Shown: positions 41,639-50,114 of the stretch, one piece after another
Layout of the letters: each line of letters begins with the position of its first letter
Position numbering within the stretch: position 1 is the stretch's first letter
Assembly (NCBI GenBank): GCA_963806325.1
Contig: CAWDXL010000016.1
Location: forward strand, 4,043 to 68,042
DNA: 64,000 bases
Reading direction: 5' to 3'
Source: Candidatus Parcubacteria bacterium
Lineage (GTDB): Bacteria > Patescibacteriota > Minisyncoccia > Phycocordibacterales > JAKAEA01
The notes under the pieces: model-generated
What the model was told of the DNA's origin: nothing
Seen by the model: the letters and a program-made list of their open reading frames with translations, nothing else
Databases searched by the model: none
Program-made: the position numbers and the translations under genes

Positions 41639-41888
41639 GATTTTAGATCAAGTATTAGATGAATAATCGAGACAAATATCGACCGGGATTTTGCCCCGTG
41701 TACTGTATCTCTAAAATATTCGTAATCTGGCTGCAGTATACACCCAAAATAGGGGAAAGACTACTAAAATTAAATGCATGGCTCGACAGAAAATGTGATA
41801 TAATTATGCTGATAAAAGCTCAGTCTGCCGGATGTGTGCACCATCTTTTATGTTGTGTTCGTAGTATTAGAAGATAATCTATATTTTT

Positions 41889-43433
41889 ATGAAAATATAT
41901 ACAAAATTTTTATGCGGTGGTATAGCAATAGTTGCTGCTGGAATAGCTGTTCATGCGAGCGCTGCTTTAACTCCTGTTATTTATTTCTCGAATATTAATA
42001 CAAGTTCATATACGCTTGGTGTATCAGGTGATGCAAATTCGTCGGTTACTCTCTACAATTCCAATCCGTCGGGCGGTACTACTGGAATTCCAACAAATAT
42101 AGGTACGACTGATCAGAATGGCAATTTTTCGACAACGGTAACTTCTGGAAGCTATGGCATCTCAAATGGGTCGTCGGTATATGTTGTTGTAGATGGTGTT
42201 CAGTCAAACGCAGTCGGGTGGCCGTCATTCGGTTCTTCGTCATCTGCAAATTCTTCCGGCTCTCTTTCACTGAGCCAGACAAATGTAACAGTATCTTTTG
42301 GACAGAGCACCACAATTACTGCCGCGACCTCAAACGGTCTCTACGTTTCAGGCAATACGAATCCTTCAAGTGTAGGTGTTTCTGTTAATGGAAGTCAGAT
42401 TACTATTACTGCCTTCAATTATGGAACATCAAATTTAACAATTTGTGCGACCGATACGGGCTGTCAAACTGTCTACGTGACGGTAGGTGCTGTTTCTTCT
42501 AATAACACAACATCAGGTATTTCGTTTAGTCAAAGCAATATCACATTGAGTGTCGGGCAAGCAAATTCCATTTCAATATATGGCAGCGGCGGATATTATG
42601 TTTCCAGTAATTCAAATTCCGGCGTGGCCTCAGGTGTAATTAATGGCACAGGACTTTATATTACCGGCACAGGATATGGATCTTCAAATATCACAGTGTG
42701 CCAAAATGGGGGACAGTGCGGAGTGGTATATGTCTCTGTAAACAGTTTAAATTCAATATACTCAACAAACTCATCCGCCGCAGCCCTGACATCATTTACT
42801 GTTTCCTCAAATGATGCAAACAGTGCATTTATGAACGGAGGGGATATGCTTACGATAAGCTTTACGGCCAATCAATCTATCAATAATCCTTCGATAACTA
42901 TAGCGGGTACACGGCTCAGTGTCGGCGGCAGCGGTAATGGCCCATATACCATGACCTACAATATGACCGGCAGTGAAGCTCTGCCAATGCCGCTCATTAT
43001 CGGCTTCGATGATCTGTCAGGAAATTATCATCAGTTTGTTATGTCGCTCGGCGGTGTATCCAGTTTATCAAACGTTGCTGTTTCTGCTCCGGCGGTTACC
43101 ACAACAGTAGGCTGCCCTGCGGGCAACGTGTACAGTACAATAAATGGTGAGTTATGCGCCCCTACATCAACAATTTCAGTTGCGGCCTCAGCTTCAAATG
43201 TTTCATCATCAACATACCAATTTGCAAATCCTTTAAGCCTGGGTTCCACTGGCGCAGACGTTACTGCGCTTCAACAGCGATTGACCGCCGATGGGATATA
43301 TTCCGGTCCGATAACTGGATACTACGGAGATCTGACGGAGAGTGCTGTAATGGCGTATCAAAGTAAGCATGGTATTGATCCTATAGGCAGGGTGGGGCCA
43401 AGTACGCGAGCGCTTCTCAATCAAGGCATATAA
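41889..43433 (+). CDS. Secreted surface protein with tandem Ig-like repeats and a C-terminal PG_binding_1 domain
   Basis: Signal peptide. Two clear repeats follow (SLSQTNVTVSFGQSTTITA...TICATDTGCQTVYVTV and SFSQSNITLSVGQANSISI...TVCQNGGQCGVVYVSV). The C-terminus is LGSTGADVTALQQRLTADGIYSGPITGYYGDLTESAVMAYQSKHGI. Confidence 0.65.
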   Translation: MKIYTKFLCGGIAIVAAGIAVHASAALTPVIYFSNINTSSYTLGVSGDANSSVTLYNSNPSGGTTGIPTNIGTTDQNGNFSTTVTSGSYGISNGSSVYVVVDGVQSNAVGWPSFGSSSSANSSGSLSLSQTNVTVSFGQSTTITAATSNGLYVSGNTNPSSVGVSVNGSQITITAFNYGTSNLTICATDTGCQTVYVTVGAVSSNNTTSGISFSQSNITLSVGQANSISIYGSGGYYVSSNSNSGVASGVINGTGLYITGTGYGSSNITVCQNGGQCGVVYVSVNSLNSIYSTNSSAAALTSFTVSSNDANSAFMNGGDMLTISFTANQSINNPSITIAGTRLSVGGSGNGPYTMTYNMTGSEALPMPLIIGFDDLSGNYHQFVMSLGGVSSLSNVAVSAPAVTTTVGCPAGNVYSTINGELCAPTSTISVAASASNVSSSTYQFANPLSLGSTGADVTALQQRLTADGIYSGPITGYYGDLTESAVMAYQSKHGIDPIGRVGPSTRALLNQGI

Positions 43434-43441
43434 ACTACTGC

Positions 43442-44041
43442 CTATTCCTTAAATAATTTTCGGAAGTATATTTTATTGGCCGCAAAAGCGAGTATTACAA
43501 TCACAAGTCCCGCACTCACAAGCTCGATAGTCACGGTCATATTCTGCCATTCATCTCCTAAAATATAACCCGCCAAGCCCAATGCGAGAGTATCTACACA
43601 TGCTCCTGTTGATTCATAAACAAAAAATTTTCTAAACGTCATTTCTGACAGGCCTCCTAAAATATTAACTAATGGTCCAAGCGAACCAATAAAACGGGTG
43701 ATAAAAATAGTTGGTCCAGGATTATTGCCGATGAATTTTTCGAGATTGGTAAAGATCTTCGAGTGAATCATTTTTCGCAATCCTATTTTTACTAAAAATT
43801 CTTTACCATACCGGCGGGCGATAACAAATCCAGTCAGGTCGCCGAGAATATTTCCGGCAAGTGATACTGCGAGTACAAAATAAATATTCAGGTATCCTTG
43901 GCTTGCAAAAGCTCCTGCCGCGAGAAGCGCCGAGTCTGAAGGGATGGGAAGAAAGAGGGAAGCTAAATATGCTATAAAAAAAAGAGCTATATATTTATAG
44001 AGGAGGATATATGAGAGCGTGGCAGAAAGAATCGCGTTCAT
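43442..44041 (-). CDS. DedA/VTT-family membrane protein
   Basis: 199 aa and polytopic, with the pattern ..LPIPSDSALLAAGAFASQGYLN .. GDLTGFVIARRYGKEFL.. typical of DedA (SNARE-associated) proteins. Confidence 0.7.
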   Translation of the reverse strand: MNAILSATLSYILLYKYIALFFIAYLASLFLPIPSDSALLAAGAFASQGYLNIYFVLAVSLAGNILGDLTGFVIARRYGKEFLVKIGLRKMIHSKIFTNLEKFIGNNPGPTIFITRFIGSLGPLVNILGGLSEMTFRKFFVYESTGACVDTLALGLAGYILGDEWQNMTVTIELVSAGLVIVILAFAANKIYFRKLFKE

Positions 44042-44043
44042 CT

Positions 44044-44430
44044 CTATTGTGGTGTTGAAGAAGCTAAGAATTGTTTAACAGAATTCTGTGTGTTCCGAGT
44101 AAGTGTTAAAACATTCAGATGCTCTTGTTTTGCATATTGCTGAAGAGTTATAAAAGGGTAATTTGAAGCTTTCACATTAAGTGTCTGTTTTAAATACAAT
44201 GGTGGCAGATGAAAAACTTTGGTGATGTAGTCAAAAGTCATCCACGAGGATATGTAATGGATATCTGCTATTGAAGCAGGTTGATGCCGGTGAAGAGTGA
44301 GATGATACTGGGAAGAAGAAATGTAGGTATGAATATTAAATCTATATATTCTAAAGGCTATATATATCCACGATAAAATCCCGGCGAGCAGTATTGCAAT
44401 GATTATTGTTCTTTTATATGCAGAGTTCAT
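44044..44430 (-). CDS. Membrane-anchored hypothetical protein
   Basis: 128 aa with an N-terminal TM (IIIAILLAGILSWIYIAF). It ends 2 nt before the DedA start. No motif recognised. Confidence 0.45.
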   Translation of the reverse strand: MNSAYKRTIIIAILLAGILSWIYIAFRIYRFNIHTYISSSQYHLTLHRHQPASIADIHYISSWMTFDYITKVFHLPPLYLKQTLNVKASNYPFITLQQYAKQEHLNVLTLTRNTQNSVKQFLASSTPQ

Positions 44431-44575
44431 AGGTGATTTTTATATAATTATGTAAGTAGTACGTGCGTGCACATAATTATACACGATTTTTCAACAATGG
44501 TTTCTTGCTGTTAATGCAAAGCATTGTATTATGGTGGAGTATCTTACTAACATAATCGATACTGCATTTAATCTT

Positions 44576-47368
44576 ATGAAGAAATTATTATCATGTGGGC
44601 TGGCGCTTCTCGCATTTTTTGTTGCACTGGGGACAGTGGCTTCTGTTCCTGTTCAAACAGTATCAGCAAGTACTCCGACAATATCTATTGTGGCAAATCC
44701 GGCGTCAGTAGTTCAGGGAACCGCCTCAACATTACAGTGGAATTTTAATGGTGAAGGTAATACATCAACTTTCTGCCAGGCTAGCGGTAATAATGGCACA
44801 GATGGTGCTCACTTTAGCGGCGGTCCTATCGGCGGTGGTACATCGAGCAGTGATTTTTCAACAGGTAACCTCGGTAATGTTGGAACATATACGTATACAA
44901 TAGTTTGCTACAGTTCAATAAATGGTCCGCAAGTCGCTGCCGCACAGGCTACCGTAACAGTTACCCCTCGGCCTGTTACGTTTCCTTCAATGACGATTAC
45001 TGCAAGTCCTGCTTCGGTCAGTTACAACATGGGTTCGACAATCTCTTGGACAGTAAATAATGGAGGAGATGCAAACGCAACATGTAGCGTGGATGGTGTT
45101 AATGGCGCTAGTTTCCCGAGTGGCACAGGCGGTTCAGTTCCGGCGACTAGCGGCTCTCTGTCAACTGGTCCGCTTATGCACACTTCCGAATATCAAATTA
45201 CGTGCACAAATTCATTCGCAACGCAGTATGCATATACGACTGTGGGAGTAGCTCCTGCTACTTACACGTTACCGACGGTGAGTTTAAGTGCAAGTCCAAC
45301 CTCAATAAGTCCAGCTTCACTCAATCCGTCTGCCGCTTCAACCCTTACATGGGATATAAGCGGCGGCGGAGACCCGACAGCAACATGTACTCTGTACAAC
45401 AGTAATTATGGAAATGGGGACGGTGAAAAGTTTTATCCGTATGAATTTGGTTCCGGTAGCGGAACTACAGGAGCCATTAATGCAGCGACAACATGGACTA
45501 TGAGCTGTACAAACTCAGTCGGTACAGAAAGTGCTACTGCTACAGTTACCACTGATTCTACATTGCCACATCCTTATCTGTTACACTTAAATCTTACTGC
45601 TAGTCCGACCACGGTAAATTATGGTGGATCGTCAACTCTTACATGGACTACTTCCGGTGCTTCTGTCCCAGCAGACACAATATGTTATCCAAGCAGTGCG
45701 TTGAGTACCAATGCTGGTAGCAACTGGGATACCGCATCGCTTTTATCAAACGGTACTTTCTCAACAGGTCCGCTGTATACTACAGCTACATACTACATGA
45801 TGTGTTCAAGCGATGGAGCCGGCACAGCCGGTAGTGCCACTATCACTGTGACCCCTCAAGGAACAACATCAGGCATTGTTGCTCCGAAAGTAACTCTTAC
45901 AGCCACTCCGACATTAGTAGACTCTGGATCCTCTTCAGCACTGCAATGGACTGTTAATAATGGCGGTGATTCGAGTACTACCTGTACTGCAGGTAGTGGC
46001 TGGAGCGGTTCGCCTTCGGCTGCAGGCGGTACTCAATCAACAGGTAGTATCACTGCCACAACAGTGTATACGTTGACGTGTACAAACTCAGCGGGTCAGG
46101 GCAGTGCTCAAGCTACGGTTGGCGTAGACAATCCTCAAACTGTTCAGCCGACAAATGCACCAATCATAGAGAATTTTATAGCAAACCCTACTACCATAAA
46201 TTATGGTTCGGCCTCAACATTAACGTGGACTATTGACAATGGAGGTGCGGACTATTCCTCAACCTCGTGCGTCGGGACCGGCGGTTGGAGCGGTCCATTT
46301 TCAGCTGTTGGTGGTTATTGGTCAACAGGTCCACTTACAGCAACAGCTTCATATACTCTAACCTGCACCAACCCCGCCGGCTCAGCCACTGCTAGCGTCA
46401 CGGTTATTGTTAATCCTCAGTCTGCATCAGGTAATAATATTGTTGCCTCCCCCTCCACCATCTACACCACCCCCACCGTCCACCTCACTGCTACTCCAAC
46501 GTCAGTAAGCTATGGTATGGGCTCTACCCTCACCTGGGCAGTCTCAAACGGCGGTGATCCCTCAACTTCTTGTAATGGAACAGGCGGCTGGAATGGTTCA
46601 CTCTCAGCCACGGGTGCCTCCTGGTCTACCGGCGCGCTCACCACGACCACGACCTACACCCTAACCTGCACCAATACTGCTGGCCAAAATAGCGCAAACG
46701 TCACGGTGACGGTTGCCCCTCAAACTATCCAATCAAATGTAATCACTGCTACTCCTCAGTCATCCACCTATGCTCTGCCAACAGCTACTATCCACGCCAC
46801 ACCGCTCTCGGTTATGGCTGGTCAATCATCCACCCTCACCTGGACAGTCAATACCGGCGGTGATTCAGGAACAACCTGTACTCTCAGTGACTCCAACAAC
46901 AACTCTGCCCAGGTCTCAGCCGGCACCAGCCAATCAACCACCGGCCCTCTCTCTACTACTACCACCTATACCTTCGACTGCACCAACTCCGCTGGTCAAG
47001 GCTATCCAGTGAGTGCTACCGTCGTCGTTGTTGGAACTGCTGCCGCTGCCACACCCGTAATCACTCCTACGACATCCGCGACTGCTTCAGGTACGTCAAC
47101 TTCTACCGCAACCTCTTCATCGTGCCTCAACTTCACCGAAAACTTTGGCCGTGGTTCCCTCGACGCTTCAACAAACGGCGATGTCACCCTTCTCCAAAAC
47201 TTCCTTGCTTCGGAAGGCTACTTCACTCAAGCATCTACAGGTTACTATGGTTCAATTACCCAGGCTGCTGTCAGTGCGTTCCAGATCAAGAATGGCATCA
47301 AACCTGTCTCAGGCTATGTCGGTCCGCTTACCCGGGCGGCGATTAAGGGGGAGACGTGTGGGGGGTAG
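44576..47368 (+). CDS. Large secreted protein with eight tandem ~90-100-aa two-Cys Ig-like repeats and a C-terminal PG_binding_1 domain
   Basis: Start at MKKLLSCGLALLAFFVALGTVASVPVQTVSA (the ORF track starts 15 codons earlier). The repeat pattern is ..(L/I)TA(S/T)P..V..G..STL.W.V.NGGD...TC...G.......G..STG.L..T..YTLTCTN..G.....V.V. The C-terminus is GDVTLLQNFLASEGYFTQASTGYYGSITQAAVSAFQIKNGI. Confidence 0.7.
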   Translation: MKKLLSCGLALLAFFVALGTVASVPVQTVSASTPTISIVANPASVVQGTASTLQWNFNGEGNTSTFCQASGNNGTDGAHFSGGPIGGGTSSSDFSTGNLGNVGTYTYTIVCYSSINGPQVAAAQATVTVTPRPVTFPSMTITASPASVSYNMGSTISWTVNNGGDANATCSVDGVNGASFPSGTGGSVPATSGSLSTGPLMHTSEYQITCTNSFATQYAYTTVGVAPATYTLPTVSLSASPTSISPASLNPSAASTLTWDISGGGDPTATCTLYNSNYGNGDGEKFYPYEFGSGSGTTGAINAATTWTMSCTNSVGTESATATVTTDSTLPHPYLLHLNLTASPTTVNYGGSSTLTWTTSGASVPADTICYPSSALSTNAGSNWDTASLLSNGTFSTGPLYTTATYYMMCSSDGAGTAGSATITVTPQGTTSGIVAPKVTLTATPTLVDSGSSSALQWTVNNGGDSSTTCTAGSGWSGSPSAAGGTQSTGSITATTVYTLTCTNSAGQGSAQATVGVDNPQTVQPTNAPIIENFIANPTTINYGSASTLTWTIDNGGADYSSTSCVGTGGWSGPFSAVGGYWSTGPLTATASYTLTCTNPAGSATASVTVIVNPQSASGNNIVASPSTIYTTPTVHLTATPTSVSYGMGSTLTWAVSNGGDPSTSCNGTGGWNGSLSATGASWSTGALTTTTTYTLTCTNTAGQNSANVTVTVAPQTIQSNVITATPQSSTYALPTATIHATPLSVMAGQSSTLTWTVNTGGDSGTTCTLSDSNNNSAQVSAGTSQSTTGPLSTTTTYTFDCTNSAGQGYPVSATVVVVGTAAAATPVITPTTSATASGTSTSTATSSSCLNFTENFGRGSLDASTNGDVTLLQNFLASEGYFTQASTGYYGSITQAAVSAFQIKNGIKPVSGYVGPLTRAAIKGETCGG

Positions 47369-47370
47369 AA

Positions 47371-47405
47371 TTGACAAATATCTCGTTTGAAATAGTATTT
47401 CAAAC
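47371..47405 (+). promoter_or_regulatory. Promoter-like element overlapped by a perfect 10-1-10 palindrome
   Basis: TTGACA (47371-47376), a 16-nt spacer, then TAGTAT (47393-47398). The palindrome GTTTGAAATA-G-TATTTCAAAC (47385-47405) lies 36 nt upstream of the ATG at 47441, with no T-run after it. Confidence 0.4.
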
Positions 47406-47440
47406 AGAACAGTATATTTCCTTTTACTACGAGGTGATTT

Positions 47441-47824
47441 ATGGAAGCTAATCTGAGGATTAATCCCCCTGCCGACCCGCTATTACGAAGCCGGCTTGAT
47501 GAAAAGCTTCAGGAGTACAAGGGCCGGATAGCCGGCAAGGGAAAAAAGTGGGAATCAGATCCCCCGGAGGTTGCTCACAAACTCTACAGAAGTTTCAGAG
47601 ATGCGTGCTACAAAGCCGATATTTTAGAAGCTGTGCTATCGAGCCAGTCGGTGCTCGATACTCATAAACTCTCGTTAGAGATGCAGGTTAAGTATGGCGA
47701 AGATTTTATGATTGAACAGTTCTGCTCCGCTTGTCAGATCATTGCCTACTATTGCGGAGATACAGTTGGCAAAAAATTGAGCCACGGAACAGGCTTGTCC
47801 CAACCGCAACAGATTTCCGTCTAA
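47441..47824 (+). CDS. Hypothetical protein
   Basis: 127-aa ORF with GAGGTGA Shine-Dalgarno upstream, followed by a good terminator. No motif recognised. Confidence 0.5.
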   Translation: MEANLRINPPADPLLRSRLDEKLQEYKGRIAGKGKKWESDPPEVAHKLYRSFRDACYKADILEAVLSSQSVLDTHKLSLEMQVKYGEDFMIEQFCSACQIIAYYCGDTVGKKLSHGTGLSQPQQISV

Positions 47825-47839
47825 CTGTCTCAACAGATC

Positions 47840-47876
47840 AAGCCGCTTATTTTTGCAGAAAACAAGCGGCTTTTTG
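47840..47876. terminator. Bidirectional rho-independent terminator between convergent genes
   Basis: AAGCCGCTT (47840-47848) pairs with AAGCGGCTT (47864-47872), followed by TTTTT. Confidence 0.7.
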
Positions 47877-47896
47877 TTTGATTTGATTGAAAACAG

Positions 47897-48343
47897 CTAA
47901 GAAGTTTTAAGTGCGTAGATATCTTTGAGAATTTCAGCACTGTGATGAGTAGGGTCAACTTTTGGATATGCTTTTAAAATCACACCGTCGGGACTTATAA
48001 GGTATGAAATGCGCTTTGTGAAGGGAACACTGTTTGCGCCGTAAGCCCCAATAGTTTCCTTCTTAGGATCAGATAAAAGAGTGAAAGGGAGCTGATATTT
48101 TTCGGCAAATTTTTTATGGCTTTCCACCGAATCAGCGCTGATGCCAAAAACTTTTACACCATTACTTTCAAAATCTTTATATATATCGCGGATGGCACAC
48201 GCCTCCTGCGTACAGCCGGGTGCATCATCTTTTGGATAGAAATAAATGAGCACGTAGCTATTGCGATGATAGGAAAGTGAATGCTCTTTGTTGTTCTGAT
48301 CCAGAAGCTTAAAATCAGGTGCGGTTGTGTTTATAGTCAGCAT
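47897..48343 (-). CDS. bcp: Thiol peroxidase Bcp (peroxiredoxin)
   Basis: FYPKDDAPGCTQEACAIRD (peroxidatic Cys motif PxDxxPGCTxE), 148 aa. Confidence 0.85.
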   Translation of the reverse strand: MLTINTTAPDFKLLDQNNKEHSLSYHRNSYVLIYFYPKDDAPGCTQEACAIRDIYKDFESNGVKVFGISADSVESHKKFAEKYQLPFTLLSDPKKETIGAYGANSVPFTKRISYLISPDGVILKAYPKVDPTHHSAEILKDIYALKTS

Positions 48344-48364
48344 ATAGAGGTGGGTGGATTATAA

Positions 48365-49300
48365 TTAATTTTTTCCTCCAAATTTTTTAAAGAGTCTTTG
48401 TACAAGACTACCCCTTGATTTTTGACTGATCTCTTTCATGCGCTGTACTATATATTCAATAGCATATTCCTGCTCCCTTTTCATTTTTTTGAGTCGGGGC
48501 AACGCAGAAGTGAGTGATGGATCTTTTGTTGCCGTTTCCACCATCGTTTCAAGTTCATGAAGAGCTGTACGGCGGGTGTCTATATTCTGCTGAAGCTCAG
48601 TAATCGATGTCGAGGCAGGCAGCCATTCTTTAAGCTTATCAGCAGACGATAAGCCTGTCTCAAAAGTGAGATATGTCTTAAGGAGCGGGGAAGGAGGATT
48701 GCTTTCTTGTCTGCCAAATTGCGGACTAGTCACGTCCGGCTGATCTCGGTGTCGCTGTTCCCTCTGTTCTGTAAAATATCCTCTTGCGTCTCTTTGCTCG
48801 TAGATTGGCTCCATAGCCTTTCGCTGGCGCTTGAGGCGGGCATTTTCGGCATCCTGTTTTTCATCAATATTTGTAACACTTTTCACCCACTGATTTACCT
48901 GATCGATAAATGGCTGTTCGCGTTCGCTTTTTGCACGATCATATGTCGCTATTGCTGCATCAACTTCTCTTTGTTGTTCGGGAGTCTGTGCAATTCTATA
49001 CTTTCCAGGGTTCTCTTCGCGGCTTTTCTTGATTTGTCCTTGAGCCATATCAACTGCCTCTTGCGACGCTCGCTCGATGATCTTATCGAGCTCCTCAACT
49101 CTTTGTTTTAATACTCTGGCTTCTTTATATTTTCCTGCTTTGGTGAGGCTGCCAATTTCATTGTAGAGTTCGTGCTGTTCTTTAATTGTATCGAGTACTG
49201 TATTAGCTTCTGCGACCATAGCATCACCCTCATCGACGTTTTCTGTAGCTAATTCTTGCGAAGATTTTTCCTGTTCAGGTTCAAATGTAAGAGTTTCCAT
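48365..49300 (-). CDS. Charged coiled-coil hypothetical protein
   Basis: 311 aa, rich in Glu/Lys/Arg/Gln, with no TM helix. No motif recognised. Confidence 0.5.
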   Translation of the reverse strand: METLTFEPEQEKSSQELATENVDEGDAMVAEANTVLDTIKEQHELYNEIGSLTKAGKYKEARVLKQRVEELDKIIERASQEAVDMAQGQIKKSREENPGKYRIAQTPEQQREVDAAIATYDRAKSEREQPFIDQVNQWVKSVTNIDEKQDAENARLKRQRKAMEPIYEQRDARGYFTEQREQRHRDQPDVTSPQFGRQESNPPSPLLKTYLTFETGLSSADKLKEWLPASTSITELQQNIDTRRTALHELETMVETATKDPSLTSALPRLKKMKREQEYAIEYIVQRMKEISQKSRGSLVQRLFKKFGGKN

Positions 49301-49396
49301 ATAATAAATGTTATTTTAATTTGCTCACAGTATTTTAGGTTTAAAAATGGCGGATGTAAATGGGTCCTGTATCAGAAATTGAGAGCTGATCTAAAT

Positions 49397-49435
49397 AAAA
49401 AAAGAAGACATCGGCTTTCTGGGCTCGATGTCTTC
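49397..49435 (-). terminator. Rho-independent terminator (minus strand), second of a tandem pair
   Basis: GAAGACATCG (49404-49413) pairs with CGATGTCTTC (49426-49435). On the minus strand a run of 7 U follows (A-run 49397-49403). Confidence 0.65.
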
Positions 49436-49506
49436 CGGAGGGGAGAAAATGCATCACGACTGTTCTGCCTGTAATGCTACAGCTTTCAATATTTAAATGC
49501 AAGCAA

Positions 49507-49537
49507 TGAAAAGCCGCCCTGATTTCTCGGGCGGCTT
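49507..49537 (-). terminator. Rho-independent terminator (minus strand) after the 49563..50009 gene
   Basis: AAGCCGCCC (49511-49519) pairs with GGGCGGCTT (49529-49537). On the minus strand TTTTC follows. Confidence 0.6.
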
Positions 49538-49562
49538 GAGGATACATTTGCTGCTGGCAAAA

Positions 49563-50009
49563 CTATTCTCCCGCCACAAGCTCATTGAAGGGGGTGAGGT
49601 CATTTTCACCATCGAATACTACACCCTTGAAATCGATGATGACGGTGAAAATTAGTCTATAGTTGCCCTGGATACTCCGTTTGAACTTTTTAAGATGCGA
49701 CTCGAGGTCGCTCATCAACGAGGTTGCCTCGGTGCGGTCGAATTCGTCGAAGGTTGAGAGTTCCCCGCTGACCTTAAAAAGTCCCCGCTTCATGTCAATC
49801 GTGATTGCACCACGACAACCGATGTGGCTAAAAGTTTTCAGAAAAGCTTCGGTGAGATAGATGAATTTGTAATATTCGATTCCCATGTGAGAACAAATAC
49901 TAAACATTTCTTCATTCTCTCTGCGTACCCCAACAACGCATTCCGGTCGGGAAGAATTGTTGTAATATCGCCCAGACAGACGCACGGTAGTGAAATTGAT
50001 GCCCAGCAT
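49563..50009 (-). CDS. 148-aa hypothetical protein, last gene of the putative Zur-controlled operon
   Basis: ORF only, 105 nt downstream of the HAD-like domain on the same strand, and followed by two terminators. No motif recognised. Confidence 0.45.
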   Translation of the reverse strand: MLGINFTTVRLSGRYYNNSSRPECVVGVRRENEEMFSICSHMGIEYYKFIYLTEAFLKTFSHIGCRGAITIDMKRGLFKVSGELSTFDEFDRTEATSLMSDLESHLKKFKRSIQGNYRLIFTVIIDFKGVVFDGENDLTPFNELVAGE

Positions 50010-50114
50010 ATAGGACCCTTCTTGTGTGTGATGGAACCTTTACTGCTCTCAACTATATCATTTTTAAAATAAAAGTCAATATATCTTGTGAGCTGTTAAA
50101 CATTTTGAGGCAGT

